64,000 nt of DNA. Origin: Klebsormidium nitens. Taxonomy: Eukaryota; Plantae; Klebsormidiophyceae. Location of the stretch: the NCBI GenBank assembly GCA_000708835.1, contig DF237062.1:62001-126000 (forward strand). The letters run 5' to 3'. Each line of letters opens with the position of its first letter. The stretch's first letter is position 1. The notes under the pieces were generated by a model that was not told where the DNA came from, did no database searches, and was given only the letters and a program-made list of their open reading frames with translations. Shown one piece after another: positions 12,378-26,000 of this stretch. The position numbers and the translations under genes are program-made.

Positions 12378-13480
12378 CGTGCCTTGTTCCTCGCCAAAGA
12401 TATTACAAAAGATGGAGCTGAACTGCAACTTACTGCAGGCCTCTCTGCAAAAATGCAACCTTGACACCTTGGATAGAATGATGGAGACAAGTGCTGCGCC
12501 ACTGAAAAGCTCCTCAAAACTTTTGATATCGAGACTGTCGAGTTGGTCGGAAGCTCTTGACGGTCGCCCTGCCGCCAACCTTAGTATAGGTAGCTCTCCA
12601 GAACATTCTAGATAAAACGTTCGGCCGTCGATCATCGCATTCGCATCCACGGACGGTGAAGAGCGCGCCTTAGATTCCTGGACTTTTATCGACGGTACAG
12701 ATGAACGAAAATACAGACATCCATATCCAACGGTTTCTGGGATCGCCGGGCGCTTTCTGGGCCACCGCGGCCGGGCTCCGCGGCCGGTCCGGGCGACCAC
12801 CTTTTCCGGAGTCCGGTGGCCGTTCGACTTCCAACCGTTGACCGGAAACGTTGAGACTGACGGAGCAGACCTATGACCACTTGTCCTTATACAAAGTACA
12901 GTAGATCCGGCATGCTTCACCGGATTCAGGGCGAATCCTAATAATGTTCCGAAGTATATGATGCAGCAGTCTTTTGAGACATGAGCGATAAGTGGCATCT
13001 CGATCAGTGGTCTCACCGCAAAGGTTCTCTCCTTAACCTAACCACGATCAAAAGCTCCACCACGGCAGGCTCTGACACTCTGAAAATCGTCTCAGTCAAC
13101 TCCTTCCTGAGACTCTCTCAGTCGTTGAGGCCCTATCCTTAGTCGTACTTTCGCGTGCGAGTTTTGCCCAAGTGTTGTCTTGTTGAATACAAGCGCAAGG
13201 TCGTCTGCGTATGAGCCTGCATTGTTCAGGGGTGCGTCGGATCGAAGTGCGTTTAAAGCGACAAAGGATTCCAGTTTCCGTTGAGCATTCCTTCTCGCCG
13301 TGTGCAATGCAAAGCGTTCAAACTGTTCGCTCCTTCAGTGCGCAATCAAGCGGTTTTGAATCACACCGTCTTCCACCGGCAGCTATTAGAAGACCATCAA
13401 CAATGCTTTTGTAAGATCCTCGGTAAAGCGGTTGAACGTCACTCCATGCTGACGGCAAAAGCATTGGGTCTGAATCCGAA

Positions 13481-15869
13481 ATGGCGCGCAGCCAAATAGC
13501 TCCAAGCAACATTCCGGAAACTCTGGAATGGTTGGATGCCATAAGCTCGTTCCCGTCAAGCCACGTGCCCACCTCCAGCCCGTTCGAAATCTTCTCGTCG
13601 AATCAACAGGGGCAGGATTATCACGATTGGAACTTTGTTTCGAAGCAGCTAGCACCCAGCAGAAAGCACCCGAGTTATGCTGAACATGTTGAGGGGGGTT
13701 TCAAACTGTGCATTGAAGGCGCCGATGCCTGGGGGGATTTCGGAGGTTTGAGGCAGGAAAAGGGACAAGAGCGGGATTGGGAAGAGCATGAGCTGAACGC
13801 AATGCTGGTGAGTGACTAAACGAGTCCAAGTGTCCCTTGTTTTTTACCGAATGAAACATTCACCGGTTCTGATTGGAGTCGGATGATGCAAGCTTTATGG
13901 GAAATTTATGTGTCCTTTGTCTCTCTGATTTCTGAGAGACTGCGAAGGTTCATCGACTATGAATTGGCTAGCTCGCACAACGGGCAAGCTGTGGAGCAAA
14001 ACTTTCATAAACAGGAATGGAGAAGCAACGCCCTTTGGCCTCGAAGCGGGACAGCGTCGAGAACAAGTCGGGCAGATTCAAATCGGTCTGAGTCATCCGT
14101 TCAACTAAATCATCGCAGCGAAGCTCGGCTCAAAATCAAAACAAGCGCCCATGTCACGAAGAGAGTTGGAAGCTCAGACAACCCGACGAAATTGCAGGCG
14201 AAGACGTGGCAGCACGTGCCCAAGAATCTTCAAGAGGACGTGAAAGCGTTCTCCCGGACCGTCAGGGAGCGTTTGGACGCTCTCACACTGGAGCTAGTCC
14301 TGAAAGTGAAAGAAGACAGCATCGAGCCGGACGAGAAGCAGGTCAGTGCCCCCCGCAGCCACCCAGTAAGCCGGAATTGTCTCTTTTTCTGTCGTGCTGT
14401 TGCGAACTCACAAAAGTCGACGCTCTATTTTGTCCGCCAGGTAGCAGCAGCGCGCAAAAAGACTTGCCTTTGATGCAGACGACGTTTGATAGATGTCATT
14501 CAGGTGGCACATGAATTTGGGTTCTCAAATATGACGTCTGCATATGCGCCAGAGCCACGCGCTTAGAACTTGGCTGCGTCAGACACCATCCGAAGAACGG
14601 TTTGCAAAAGCGGTGGATCAGTCTAGGACGTCTTCTCAATTGCGTCTTTTCTCGGAGTATATAGAGGACCAGGCACAGTTCAATTCCGCGAAACAACCAA
14701 CATCTCCTCAAGGAGTCGTAACGCTCTTTCAGCCGCTTGTCTTTAAGCGATTCCCAATCCCCTGCTCTTCTCACGTGACGTCACTCGCACTTGAACAGGT
14801 GCCGGGTGACGAAAGCCGCTGCTACGTTCTGTCCGCGGCCGAGAAGCGGACGCTCAAGGACAGCCTCAAGGCGAAATTCGGACACCAGATCGCAGCAGCA
14901 GACGCCGACTTGTACGAGAAGGATAGAAACGAGCCCCTGCCGCCGGCCGCGCGCGCAGAGATGAAGGCAGAGTACGCGCACGAAATGTACCCGTCGGTGA
15001 GGCTTCGTTCTAAAGAGTTTTTGCGTTTGATGAGGGTTCGTGGGAAACCGCAGGGTTTTGTGTGCTCCGGATCAGGGGTTTAAAAGCTTTTGGAGTTTTG
15101 AAGGGTAGACGAGTTCTAAAGGAGCGCAACGCTTGGATGCAAGGCGAGTTCGAAAAGAGCGCACCGGTCGGGACCTTGCAAGGAGTCTCGACTGCGTTTC
15201 GACATGCTTCTCGAAGAGACCTGTACGTTAAGCCCACGAGTTTTCTCCACAGATTCCGCGTGACTGCGTGGGCGACATGCCTCAGTTGGCAATTTTGGCA
15301 GGGTCTGGGTCCGTTTTTCAAAGCTGAATACTTGGATTTTAGGAATGGGGGGATATGGGAACTTGCGAAGGCTCTGCAAGGTTGGATCGTGGACCCGTTT
15401 CACTTCGTCTCTGCAAGTTCGGTTACACCGTCAACCAGGATGACGTCGAAGACTCTCTCAATACTGGACTTGAAATCCTTCAAAAAGGTCCAGATTGCTC
15501 CGTTTGGTTTTAAGAAGACGTTATCACGTTTAGCCCCCAGACGCGGCCTTCCCAAGTCTGCGCTTTTTTTATCTTGACCAACAACGAATGAAAAGCCTAC
15601 TCTAAAATGCCTACCATTTCGAGGATTTCATATCTGTTTACACTAAGCACGATATGTGGTCCTCTGTGCAGACCGCTTGGAAGCAAGCTTTGGCCACGAA
15701 GTACTCGCTAACAAACAGGCAAGTCAACGACTGGTTCAACAACGAGCGGAAGCGGCGACCGCACCCAGGCGGCGCAGGCGGCAAGGTCGCTGCTGCCGGG
15801 CCAAGACGGGCCCCGCGACGGGGTCCACGTGTTTCATTGGCGGAGTCCGAGGACGACGCTTCCGACTAG
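13481..15869 (+). CDS. Divergent KNOX-like homeobox protein (ELK-like segment plus a homeodomain without the TALE loop), ~288 aa
   Basis: Exons 13481-13807, 14198-14341, 14799-14996 and 15672-15869, all with phase-0 GT-AG introns. Homeodomain: LPPAARAEMKAEYAHEMYPS|TAWKQALATKYSLTNRQVNDWFNNERKRR. It is preceded by the ELK-like EKRTLKDSLKAKFGHQIAAADADLYEKDRNEPLP. Exon 1 is less certain. Confidence 0.8.
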
Positions 15870-17043
15870 AGAGGACGAGAATTGCTGTAAATGTTATCGG
15901 GTAGCGAAGCGAGTCCAAATGTGATGCAGTTTGCAGGTCCCCCTGTCTTTAAACGGTGTTCTGACCAAGTGTACTTATCATGCTGGACATATTGCTTCTT
16001 GAGAGATGGGGTGTTTCTCCGGCGTATTGGGGATCGGAGCTTTGAAGTATGAGAGATGTATGAAAGAATCTTAATAGCTCTTCTTGTGATAGTATAGTTG
16101 GTCTCTAATGGACCACAGAAAAGCACGAGACAGATCCTAGCGGACGGAAGCGGGATAAGGTCAGCTATACCGTGTGTGAGGTTGACTGAACGTGAGTCAA
16201 TCGGCGGCAGCTTTTGAACTTTAGTTGACGAGTCTTTAATACTTATGATATCATTTTGCCTATGGATCTTCTCAGTAACGTGGTGTCATGAGATCTTGAT
16301 GTTCAAGGGAATTTAAGTTGCATTCAACGTGCTCTTGGCAGCGATGAGTCCCTCAATTAGTCGCTGCTTGCCCTTAATAGACGTGCATAGCCGCACATGA
16401 CCATGCATCATGCACAATGAGATTTGCGGGTACGGACAACTCTTTGCCACCAATATTATCTTTCGATATAGCGGGGCAGCGTCTCAAATACAGCCTAGCA
16501 GTCTTTCCTAATTGTTCAAGTCCTTGGAGTCAAACCAACAATCTAAGCAGTCCCAGCTTGAGTCCCAGGCATTGATCTCGGGCGAATAGTGCATAATTGA
16601 GTATGCGTCGCCTCTTCTTTAAGTTTCCTAAATCTGCCCACCCAACCTTATGTTCCGCCCGTCCTACCTGTAATAGCTCAACCATACTAGTAAACTTACA
16701 GCAGCCATCGATCCCCATTAGCTCCACCCAGCGCCCATGATCAATCGGGGCACAAGTCTCGGTTTGCGTTCGAAGGGGCGAACCAAATCAAATCCTACAA
16801 ACACGTCTACATCTCATTCTCTCTCAAACCGGAGGGCTTCCTCAAGCAAGCTCGCACCCGATGCTGGCGTCCTTATAACTCAGAAGCTGCGCGTTAATAT
16901 AGATAAGAGCGCCGGCACAGCCGCGTAGCCATCATTGCGAGCCAAACTTGGAGGGTATCATTGCCGCGGCGTCCGTGGTTCCCGAGGGCTCATTCTCGAC
17001 CTCCTGCGCTCCCACGTACACCACCACTCGTGCGTTGCTGCTT

Positions 17044-20000
17044 CTAGAACAAACCCACAACGGCGCCAACGAGCGCGATCGCAACAGCAGCGCTAGCGAC
17101 GCTGGCCACGTCGACGCGGAGGCCGGCCGCGGCGCTCTTCTTGTCGGTCGTGGTGGGCGCGGGTGCGGGCGCGAGCGCGGGCGCAGGGACCGGGGCCGGA
17201 CCAGGAGCGGTAGTGATGTTAGAGCCCGTTCCGGGGGTCAGGCTCAGAATGGAGAATTGCGCGTTGGTGCCGATGGTGCCGCTGAGCCCCAGTGTCTGCA
17301 ACAGGTTGGAAACGTTCAATCAGCATCTGTTCGGAATTCAGTCCGTCCCTAGTTCTTTCCGCATCGTGTGACGCGCGCAGAGCCCGCCTGACTGCGACGG
17401 CCTCATGAAGAATCTGCGGAATTTTCAAGTGCTACTTCGGAAGTCTAAAGTTGATGGGGCATTGCCGAATGGGCTTTGTTGCTGTAGCCACTGGCCACAA
17501 CAGAGTTACTGGCCGCCATTGCTACCAGAGTCAACTTGCCCCGCGAAGATGCAACTCGAATGAAGGGGCGCGCGCGCGCCCCAACCGACATAATATATTG
17601 CCCAGCAAATCTGCCCGATGTAAGGTCCTTAGCGTCAAGCAAGAGACTGCCACTACCAGCATGAGACTTCAGCAGAAAGGGCCTGTTAACTCACCTTTAG
17701 CTCACTGTCCAAGGCTCCAGAGGCGGCCAGCTGCGTGAGGGTGGCCACCAGAGCTTTGGCTTCGTCGGTGCTCTTGACGGGAAGGGTCACAGTCGCCATG
17801 ACGTTGGCTGCACAGCGGGAGCGCATTGTGTATCAGAAACATGTGTTTTGAGTAACGCGTATTACAACTTAAGAGGACCGCGTTGAATCCTGAAGAGACC
17901 TGTCAGGGTCACCACAAGTTTCTCGCGAATCAAAGCACTTTTGTTAGAACGCATGATCCAAGAGCGATTGAATCTAGCTGAACGTGCTTTCCCTTCAAAG
18001 CCTGCTTGTAGAACCCAATTACGAGCGTACTGCAATCAACTGAGATGAGTGTCGAGGAGCCGGGCTCTTTCCGTAAAATGTCGCTCTTGTGTGAGCCCAG
18101 ACAGATCCCGAGTCGTCAGATGAGGATCACTTCAGCTCGCTTCTAAGCAAAGCTGACCGCGGCAAGCTCTAATCCCTTTGCTTTACGAAACATGCGGCCT
18201 GAGAAATTCAAATACTGGGGACTCGTTGTAAAGGGGTTTTCTCGCTTACCTCCGGTGACGTTGGGAGCCACGGTTACGTTCGTGATGCTGATGCCGCCGG
18301 CGGCCAGTGCGTTGACGAAGACACCGCCGGGCGACAGGGCGCCCTGGAGTTGCATGGCCAGGGGCCCGGCCTGCGAGCATGACGTCACCGTCAGTTTCAT
18401 GTTTTCGACTAACGGCATGAGGTCGATCAATCTCTGGTCTGAGAATCAGAGAATCTTGAGGCCCATCAACCGCTGTTATTTCTTACCAAGAGCCTTCGCT
18501 TGTCGAAGCTCGGATCAGTTGTGCTGATTGCAAGGCCACGCAGAAAGCCCGGTCGAATCACAAGCTCATAAGCTTGAACGGTCAAGCAGGCAGGCGTTGG
18601 TCCAAGCGAGTTCAAGACTTTACATCTTCAAAGGTTGAAAGCTTGAAAACTAAGGACGCAGATTCCAACAAATTCACCTCCGTCTGGCTGCTGCTCCAGA
18701 TGCTGAACTGGATGCTCAGGCTTCGTTTTAGGAGGAAAGATTTCAAATGGCAGGGCCGTAATAGTACAATGTTAAGAGTGTAACGCTCACTGCAAACCCA
18801 AAATCTTGATAGAAAGGATTCCTGAGAGCCTCACCTCCGTCTGGTTGCTGCTCTGGATGCTGAACTGGATGGTCAGGCTGGACCCGGTGCTATTGGTCAC
18901 GGCCTGGAGGAGCGCGCGGCGGCGGGCCGGGGAACCGGCCGGCGCGAGCGCGGCGAGACCGATCGGGTCGATGCTGAAGTCCGCCCCGACGCTGTCCGCG
19001 ATTGCCTTGAGTTCCGCCCGCAGGAGCGCCAGGCAGCGGTCCTCCCAGACGGACAGCGGAACGCCCACCTTGGCGATGTCCATGGTGCCGCCGATCTCGA
19101 GCGTCAGGAGCGCGACGGAGACCGCGGTCTTGTCGCCCGCGCCCGCATGGTTGGAGAGCGCGGTCACGATGGCCTGCGGGAAAGAATTCCGAAATTCTGT
19201 TTAGGGCTGGCCGAATTTGATCATCTTGTGACGTTCTTTTACCTTTTTATCTTCTTTGCTTTGAATGTGGATGAGTTCCTCAAATTCGGAGGACCGGAGC
19301 GTCGGATCTCAATCGATCTTCAGCTACTTGGAATGTTATCTGCGGCTCTTACGTGAACTGATACCTAGACTTGCATGGATTAGAATCTGACCAAGGCGTT
19401 GATATTCTTTGCCGCGCGGTCTCCTCGACCGCTTTTCAGGGGCCACAACTCCTCAAAGTTGCACGCTCTTACCTGGTGGTCTGCAGCCGAGAAGGAGTCT
19501 CCGCCTTGCTTCCTGATTGTGATCTTCAGCTGGGTGGTCGCAGAAAGGCACGGCACCACTTCGGTTCCGTCGCTGGTTGTGTCGCCCATGCCGGAAAGTA
19601 CGCCTGAGCAGAGGATGGAGTTTTACCGCCTGAGCCTGATATTTTCTTATTCCGTCTTCATTTTGACAGAAAGTCGGGTCGAGAGTCGTCGGATGGAAGG
19701 AAGCAATAAACACTCGCTTTCTCAGCGTCTTCCCCGTGTATATATGGAGTTGAGTATGCAGGAATCGAACTAAGCAACAAGAAAAACTCTAGGAATAAGC
19801 CTGGTCCCATCTATCACGAAAGCCCTTCTCATTTTCCATACAAGTCTCAACATGGTTTGGAAGAGGGCGACGCTTTGAGCACCCTTCAAAGCAACGCTCC
19901 TTCCCGGGCGCATGCAGCCGGATCTGAATTTAGAGCCCAGGAGTCATGGATTTAGAGGCGAACAGTGCAATCTCTACTATCCGCACCCAGAATCCTTGAC

Positions 20001-23000
20001 AAGATGGACGGGGATGAATGTTAAATGAAAGCAGATCCTCACCCTTCTTGCAGCCATACTTGGTAGGGTCGTAGCAGGAAGTTCCGCAAAGGTAGAGACC
20101 ACGGGGGCAGATCTGGAAAGAAAGGACAAGAATACATTATGTCGCAGATCCTGAAAGCTGAAAGATGGAGTCGACGTGCCTTCTTTGCGCGGAATGTACA
20201 CTAACAGTAGACTGATCAAGGAATCCTTGATGGAGCTTCATCATTCCTTTGTTCCATCCACGAATCCTTAAATAGCGAAGATATTATACCATTAATGGCA
20301 AGCCATCTGAATGTGAGTCTGCTTCCAACAAACCAAACAGCCTACGTACTTGACACATCAAGCTCACTTCAGAAATGCATGCTTCTGCGCCCTTCCAGAT
20401 CAGGCCAACCATATTGAAGTCGAAGGCATCATTGATTCCAGGCACCAAGCGAGGTTTCGAGCTAGCAGCTCCCAGTAGCAAACTGGCAACTTTGACGAAG
20501 AGCCGTTCTTCCGGATGTTTGAGGTCAGAAAGCTAACCTGGCCGTTGAGGCACCAATAGGTCTTCGCATCGTACTGCTGCACGCAGTTGGTCCAAAGGGT
20601 ATCCGTGCACGTTACGTCCACGGACGGAGGCTTCTCCAGGAGCTTCAGCAGCAAAATCTCCTTCTGATCTCCGCACGGGATGGTCTGGGAGCCGTCCGAA
20701 ACGATGCTGCCGAACTCGTCCGGCTGTACCAGCTCTCCGTTCTGGCAGCCGTACGCGTTGGGGTCGTAGCAGGCCGTGCCGCACCGGTTGAAACCGGCCA
20801 GGCAGTTCTGCAAGGGGTTTTCAGCTGTTAGCGGAAGGGCGGCTGACAGGGTCTTGACCCTTCACCTGCCACAGATGTATTGGAGCTGGGTAATGTCAAG
20901 GTACATGAGTATCAATTGTGGTCGTCTCAATGGTGTAACTTGACCAAACAATTCTGCTTGGGGAGTCCTAGACCGACATTTGCAGTCTTTTCAGGCGGAT
21001 CAACTTCGTGCGTTGAAGGTGTCAAGGACGTGAATTCAGCGGCTTGAATTAGAAGCTAAGATAAGGTATTCGACTGTTCAATTACGGAGGCCCTTTTGGC
21101 TATTGCACCAGTCTCCCGGTGCGTTGTACCGCGCCTCGATAAGCAAATCGCAAACTGTCGGCATCTATCACATCCTCTACGGTGTGAATGCGCACTAGAT
21201 TACGAGTCGCGGTCATCCGTTCGCACACGCCAGCAACGCAAGCGGGTAGGAAAGCAAAACAATGAACATCGCGCCCTCACCTGTCCGTTGATACACCAGT
21301 AATTCCCGCTCGCAGGCGCGCAGTTGGTCCACGGCGTCGTTCCTGGCGCGCAGACCGGCGATGTTGGGGCTTGCACGATGATCTGTCCCCTCTGGCAGGG
21401 CCCGACGCTGCTGAGCGGGTTGTTCTTGCTGAGGTCAGGAGTGAGGCCCGTCGGCGAGCAACCGAACTGAGTCGGGCTGGGAAGAAGCAAATTTTAGCGT
21501 CAGTAAGCACGAATGTCCGCTGGAGAAAATCAGAGACGTCTGCTCGGCGGTAAGGGAAAAAGCTTGCCGACAAAGCGCTTTCTCAGCAAAGTCCGCGAAA
21601 TAAGTCGTCCAACAAGTAGTTGTAAAGGTGAAAGTCCCCTTCGTTGACTGGACGTGCGGCCAAATGCGCAGAATGCTCTGATTAAAGCGACACCAGGCAA
21701 CTCCAGGCCTCCAACGAGTACACTAGCAAGCTGGTGGACTCTGAAAGCCTAGCCCGCAAACTGAGGCTCAAAGCTCTCAAATGGCACGCGTTCTCCCTGC
21801 GTGCAAACGAAAGTAGGTGCTTCTGTCTGGTGTTTCTATGCGACCAAGACTTGTTTGAGCCACTCACTTGTAGCAGTCCTTCTGGCATTTGAGCTGTCCG
21901 ATCTGGCAGGCGAGCCCGTCCATGCAAGCGTACGCCTTTGCGTCGAAAGGCTCGCAGTTGGTCCACGGAACGCACTGCTGGCTTGCCTCTGCAGTGGGTC
22001 GGGAGAAGGCACCGGTCAGCGTTTTCCAGATTCGAGAACTGGCGAAGACCGGAACATTTTGCGATGCTTGATCAACAACGGCCATCCTATGGCCTCCATC
22101 CCATCCATGTTTGCAACTAAGTTTAATGACAAGAGAAAAAGCCTAGAGCAGGTTTGTCAGGGCATCCTTGAGACTTGCCTGGCCGCTTTGATCAAGACCC
22201 TGACGTTGATATTCGAAAAGGGACTTGTATGTAAAAAGAATTGCAAGAGCATTCTGCACGGGGCACCAGCGGTTGCGGTAGCTCCCGAAAGCAGGGATCC
22301 CCCAAACTCTGACATGCGACAACGAAGAAGTCGTATGGACTTAGCGACGGAGCCTTACGCGATCTGCAGAAGTCGACGGGCGTGGCGTCGCTGCTGGCGA
22401 CAGCCGTCATCATCAGCGTGTTCTGCCTGCAGGAGAAGGCCTTGACCGCGCCTCCGCTCATGCTGAAGGAGCTGGGCAAAAAGCAGTGGTAGCTGTTGGA
22501 ACCGAAGCTGGCCCCGCCGCACTTCTCGTAGCCTGCTGGGCACATCTGTAGGAGAAAGGAGAAAGGACCGTTAACCAAGCCTGACTAGGCTGCGGTTAGA
22601 CATCTCTTCACCTGATTAACCTACCTAAGTTTTTTGGAGGAGAATGTTCAATCGCAGGATGACAACGAACTCTTACCCTCGAAGGTCAAAGAACCTGCGA
22701 TGCTCCAAGGTTAAGCATATTGATCTCGAAAGCGTACTTCAAACAACGCTATTGCGTTTCTATTATGCTTATAACCTTCTGACAAAATGTCCTGATTTTA
22801 CAAACGCCTCACCTGACCGTCCAAGCACGCGGCGGACGCTGGGAACATCTCAGACGGGCAGTTGGTCCAGGGAGTGCACCTCTGAGCTACGGGCAGGTTG
22901 GCGATGTTGGCGGGCGGCACGACCGCGCCTGTAAACATCTCATGCCTTGTAAGAACGCCACGTGGCATTTCATCCGTACTTCGAGGGAAGTAACGGCGCT

Positions 23001-26000
23001 GAAATACTCTCAGGATTGAGGTCGAGCTTTATGAAAAGCAAAGATTTTGCAAGGAATGTAAAAAGTTGCTCCTCTCCTGATGTTTCAAGATTTTCCGCCC
23101 CGTTAGTTAAAAGCCAGATTTTCATTATGCTTGCGGAATTCCTGCGTGCATTGCTGACTTTCGTCCTCGCAGCCGTAGCCAAAGTGCATCCTACTGGGGA
23201 TGGAGACATCAATGTATGCCTGACGTTTCACGCACCTCTGAACAGCCTGTAGAAGTCCACGTCGTTATTTGTAGCTGCCTCTCCCGTTGCGGCGCTCTTC
23301 AGCCAGCAGCAACCGGCGCGGACGCCGTTGTTGCCGAAAGAGAAGCCGACGCAGCTCTTGGTCGCGAGGCAGGCCTCCTCGCATTGAAGCTTGTTGGTGA
23401 GAACCTTCCCGGCCGAGAAGCACGTCGCTTCGTTGAAAGGCGCGGCGGTGATGTCGTTGAAGGCGAAGTCCTTCTTGAGATAGGCTGCGGGCAAAACACG
23501 CAGATTGGATTCAGAGCGATGCATCTTATGCCCGAGTCGGCATCGGGACAAGGAGACCGCTTCCAGAACACTAAGCGAAGGCTGCCGGTGGTAGATGAGT
23601 GCCCGGGTGTTCAAATTTGTGAAAGCTGCAAGCAGGCTTATGGGGACAGGGGGAAAACACAAGCAGGCTTATGGGGGCAGGGGGAAAACACATTTCGAAG
23701 CTGAGGAAACACGTCAACAGAGAAACAAAGACGAACCTGCCCTCTTACGCTTGAGCATATCCTTCACAATAAGCAACACTCAAGAATTCAATTCTCATCA
23801 TCTCCAAGTTTCTGAAACTTTTCACTAAACAGCCGTGGACTCACGTAAGACGGGCATGAAGTACGTGTCGACGCCGGCGGTGAAGCTGTATCCCGTCGCT
23901 GCCGACCTCAGATAGCAGCAGTCGTCAGAAGTTGCTGAAGTCGCCTGGCCGGTCAGCTGGAACATGATGCACCCAGTGGTGGAAGCGCAGAGCGCCGCGC
24001 ACTGGTCCGCCGTCCTCCCGGCCACGCCCTTGTTTCCGCACGTTTGTGAGGCGCCCGCGGCGGTGAGGGCTACGCTGTCGTAGTCGGCGTTCCGCTGGTA
24101 GGAGAAGCCGGCCGGAATGTCGGCTGCAAAATACGAGGGGGCGACGTTTCTAAGTGAAAGTGACGGCTGTATAAGCTCACAGATAGAAGATTCGTTTTTC
24201 TTTTCATGATAGGGTACTTGAAGAAGCAGATGGAACAGACAAACGCTCCAGGTAAAGCTGCGCGCAGCGAGCTGCAACTCAGCCATGCTAGGGGGCTTTT
24301 TCAAAGCCTTCTGTAAGATATCCTCCTGATAAGGTGGAGAAAATCAGCAAGTGATCGGTCCCAAAAGCTAGTTATTTGAAAAGCGGGAACCGAATCGTCT
24401 GTCGTTGTTGACCAACTCACGGATGTTCTGGCAGATGGTGATCTCAGACCCGTCGGAGATATCGTTCTGGAAAGGAATGAGGGATCCCTGGATGCAGACC
24501 AGCGCCGGCTTAGCGTTCGGGTCGTAGCAAGCAAACTCGTAGCCACTGCCGCACGCGATCTGGCCCGCCGGGCACAGCCTGCAGGGTTTGAGGGGTTTTA
24601 AAGTGATTGCATCAGCATTGTGCAAGTTTCGCTTGCAAGAATTCGAGCTTTTGACTGGTAGTTCTTGATGGATGGGGAGAAGCAGTATTCTATCCGATAT
24701 TGTCCGAAAGTGTCTCCAAGGGCTTCTAAAGTCATCCAAAGTCTCTTATTTTATGGCTGAAAGGATCTAGCATCTAAGAAGGGAGCGAACGACAGGCAAC
24801 AATTCTGGCTTCTTTTGGCCTCACCTTCCATTCAAGCAGACGTAGGCCTTGGTGTCGTAGTCGACGTCAGGAAGCCCGCAGTTGGACCACGGAACGCAGG
24901 GGGTAGCTGCACCAAAAACATGTCAGGAATGGCAAAACGGACAGGAATGTCAGACCGGATTACAGTAATTTCGATACTTGACCAGCTCTGATGTCAAAAG
25001 CATTCTGGCCGGATGAAAAGCTTTTCTATGAGCGTCAGCCAACAGCTTGGACTTGCGAGCAAGAAGAATAAGGAAGTCACGAAGAGCATCGAAGTTGCCG
25101 GTCGTTCCTCCGAATCGACTAGACCGTTTTTGTAGGTTAGATGATGATGCTTCTTCGATCATTCCACACAGGGGCTTCTTTTCTCCTGACTCACCTGGCG
25201 CGCAGTAACCAACGGCAGTCTGGTCGTCGAAGCCTGGCGTGTTGACAAGAACGTTGGCAGCACATGACTGCGTTTTAGGGTTGTAGCACGAGTACGAGCC
25301 CAAGAGGCCGCACGAATGCATGCCAGCGGGGCACAAGTTTCCGTTGAGGCACCTGCACAAAGGTGGTTCAAGTTCCTATGCTTATTCCGCATACCGACAA
25401 GATTGTTGCTGGCCGTTTCTGCTCTGCCGTTCAGGAGATTTTGACTTGGAAGCGACAAGGTTGTGCACCAAACCCAAAGTGCTTTAGAGGGCTCACAACG
25501 TGCTCAAGCTTCACTGACTATCTCGAATCTTGTTTACCCGTTGGCTTACAAAAAGGGGTGACAATTTAAGGCGTAATAATTGTTGAGAAAGGTAGATTGA
25601 AAGAAAGCAATCCAAGGACGAGCTTACCAGTAGGCGGTGGTGTCCCAGACACCGGGGCAGTTGTCCCACGCCAACTCATTGTTCGTGCAGGTCGGGGTGG
25701 TGACGGTTGGTCTCGCAGGGATGCCTTTGACTTTGCCTGCAAAAAAGCAGCACACTCATCAGCTTGATAACAAGGGGAGTCAGTGTCAGAAAACTACAAG
25801 CGAGGAGGTGAAGCGGACAGCACCTCGTCAGGAGCAACATACGGAAACCTTTCAAGACGCTAACTTAAGGAGACCTGGAGTTAGCGCACCTCATGGACTG
25901 GATCCAAAGCCATCTGAATCTGCAATACTGTCAAGACACTGTGTTCTCAGCGGCACTTCCTGGTGAATCAGCCGTCTCCAGAAACATTCCTCAAAACACC

